NCBI GenBank assembly: GCA_046331705.1
Contig: JAXLQJ010000044.1
Location: 1 to 64,000 of the forward strand
Source: a bacterium
Lineage (GTDB): Bacteria; JADJOY01
Reading direction: 5' to 3'
Length of the DNA: 64,000 bases
This document shows, piece after piece, positions 62,547 through 64,000 of the stretch. Each line of letters opens with the position of its first letter. The stretch's first letter is position 1. The notes under the pieces were generated by a model. The model was not told the DNA's origin, searched no databases, and saw nothing but the letters and a program-made list of their open reading frames with translations. The translations under genes were made by a program, and so were the position numbers.

Positions 62547-62654
62547 TCCCGGTGCCGGCGGCACCACACGAGCGAAGCGAGTGACTCAGGGGTGGGGCCC
62601 CGTCGCGGCTTCGCCGTGACGGGGCGGGGGGCTGGAACAGCCCCCCGAGGAAAC
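62547..62654 (+). repeat. Multi-hairpin palindromic (REP/MITE-like) element, copy B, intergenic
   Basis: Hairpins GGTGCC-GGC-GGCACC, CCCCGTCGCGGC-TTC-GCCGTGACGGGG and CGGGGGGCTG-GAA-CAGCCCCCCG; homologous to 34218-34344. Confidence 0.88.
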
Positions 62655-62687
62655 CTCGGACTAGGCTGCCGTCGCTCCGACGGAAGC

Positions 62688-64000
62688 CTAGTCCCACCGG
62701 CGCCACTCCTCGTCGTAGTACTGGACGAGGATCTGGTTGTCGAGCCGGTTCACCTCGCCCTCGAGAGGCGCCAGGTCGGGACCGAACACGAAGAGCGTGG
62801 GCAAGAGCTGGTCGTCGAGAAAGCGCAGATCGGGGAGCGTGCGGCGCGGCGCCTCGAAGGGCGCGCGCTTCGCGAGCACGAATCCCCACTCGCCGAACGA
62901 CGGCACGGGCACGTGGTAGGGCCGCACGGTGAACCCCGCCTTCTCGATGGTGCGCGCGATGCACCAGTACGACTTCCGCGCGAACAACGGCGAGGTGGCC
63001 TGCACCGCGATGGCGCCGTCCTCGGCGACGTGCGGCGCGAGCAGCCGGTAGAAGCGCGTGGTGTAGAGCTTGCCCAGCGAGAAGTTGTTGGGATCGGGAA
63101 AATCGACGATCACCACGTCGTAGCGCGCATCCGCCGGAGCCTCGTCGAGCCATGCCATCGCATCGGCGTTCACGACCCGCACCCGCGGGTTCTCGAGCGA
63201 GGCGCCGTTGAGGTCGCGCACCAGCGGCAACCGTGCAACCACCTCCGTCATCGCGGGATCGAGATCGACCAGCGTCACGTGCTCCACCGTTGGGTGCTTG
63301 AGGATCTCGCGCACGGCGAGCCCGTCGCCGCCGCCCAACACCAGCACGTTGCGACCGCGCGCCGCCGCCGCGAACGCTGGATGCACGAGCCCCTCGTGGT
63401 AGCGGTACTCGTCGACGCTCGAGAACTGGAGGTTCCCGTCCAGGAAGAGCGCGAACGTGTCGCGATTCTTGGTCAGCACGATGCGTTGATACGGCGTCTG
63501 CTTCGACCACACGATCGGATCGGCGTAGTGCTCCTCCTCGGCCAGGCTCGTGAGCCGGTCCGCGGACACGAACGCCGCCATCAACGCCACCAGCACCGCC
63601 AGACACTGCACCCGCAGCCACGACACGGCGCGGATCTCGGAAGCGAGCAGCCACGTCGTCCAGAGCGCGGCGAGCGCGTTCAACGCACCGAACCCCAGCG
63701 AGCTTCGAACCAGGCCGAGCCGCGGGACGAGCAGGATCGGGAAGAGCAGCGAGGCGATCAGGGCGCCCAGGTAGTCGAAGGCGAGCACCTGTGCCACGAC
63801 CTCCTTGAACGTCAGCCGGTCGCGCAAGATGCGAAGCAGCAGCGGGATCTCGAGGCCGACCAGCACCCCGATCACGACCACCACGCCGTAGAGCAGCGGA
63901 CGGAACGCGGCGAAGCGGCCGAACGCGAAGAAGAGCAGCGGCGCCGAGAAGCCGCCCACCACCGCCACCGCCAGCTCCACGTCCACGAATCGTCGCGCCA
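62688..64000 (-). CDS. speE: Membrane-fused polyamine aminopropyltransferase (spermidine synthase-like); 5' end outside the window
   Basis: TM N-terminus; QTPYQRI, LFLDGNLQF, LVLGGGDG, VDLD, VDFPDP, VPSFGEWGF. Confidence 0.93.
   Translation of the reverse strand, partial: ARRFVDVELAVAVVGGFSAPLLFFAFGRFAAFRPLLYGVVVVIGVLVGLEIPLLLRILRDRLTFKEVVAQVLAFDYLGALIASLLFPILLVPRLGLVRSSLGFGALNALAALWTTWLLASEIRAVSWLRVQCLAVLVALMAAFVSADRLTSLAEEEHYADPIVWSKQTPYQRIVLTKNRDTFALFLDGNLQFSSVDEYRYHEGLVHPAFAAAARGRNVLVLGGGDGLAVREILKHPTVEHVTLVDLDPAMTEVVARLPLVRDLNGASLENPRVRVVNADAMAWLDEAPADARYDVVIVDFPDPNNFSLGKLYTTRFYRLLAPHVAEDGAIAVQATSPLFARKSYWCIARTIEKAGFTVRPYHVPVPSFGEWGFVLAKRAPFEAPRRTLPDLRFLDDQLLPTLFVFGPDLAPLEGEVNRLDNQILVQYYDEEWRRWD

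Overview
High-GC bacterial window (gene content suggests a Myxococcota/deltaproteobacteria-like lineage; this is inference only). Left end (1-4650): an integron whose integrase points toward its cassettes. It has an attI-like core at 3278, one frameshifted cassette with an imperfect attC, and a large ORF missing from the supplied track (<1-2079, minus) that encodes a SIR2-like domain plus a C-terminal PIN-like domain. Middle: envelope, redox and signalling genes (DsbD+redoxin, lipase, DedA-VTC-DUF4956-CotH, FadL, ArnT-like, GGDEF, ECF sigma/anti-sigma, ABC-2). Then a Y1/HUH (RAYT-like) transposase framed by GGTGCCACCC inverted ends with tandemly duplicated outer flanks, and an alkB-like-imuA-imuB-dnaE2 operon with an SOS-like box. 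dnaE2 carries an in-frame palindromic repeat that recurs intergenically at 62.5 kb. Next is a defence-like islet: RHH antitoxin, truncated VapC, P-loop ATPase, a TPR protein built from 11 near-identical 144-bp repeats, and a truncated Uma2. Right end: acyltransferase pair, hybrid kinase, RNB nuclease, a fused beta-helix/diheme cytochrome and a speE-like operon. I saw no rRNA, tRNA, CRISPR array or reverse transcriptase. All assignments come from reading motifs by eye, with no database search; several start codons were reassigned using SD sequences and gene overlaps.
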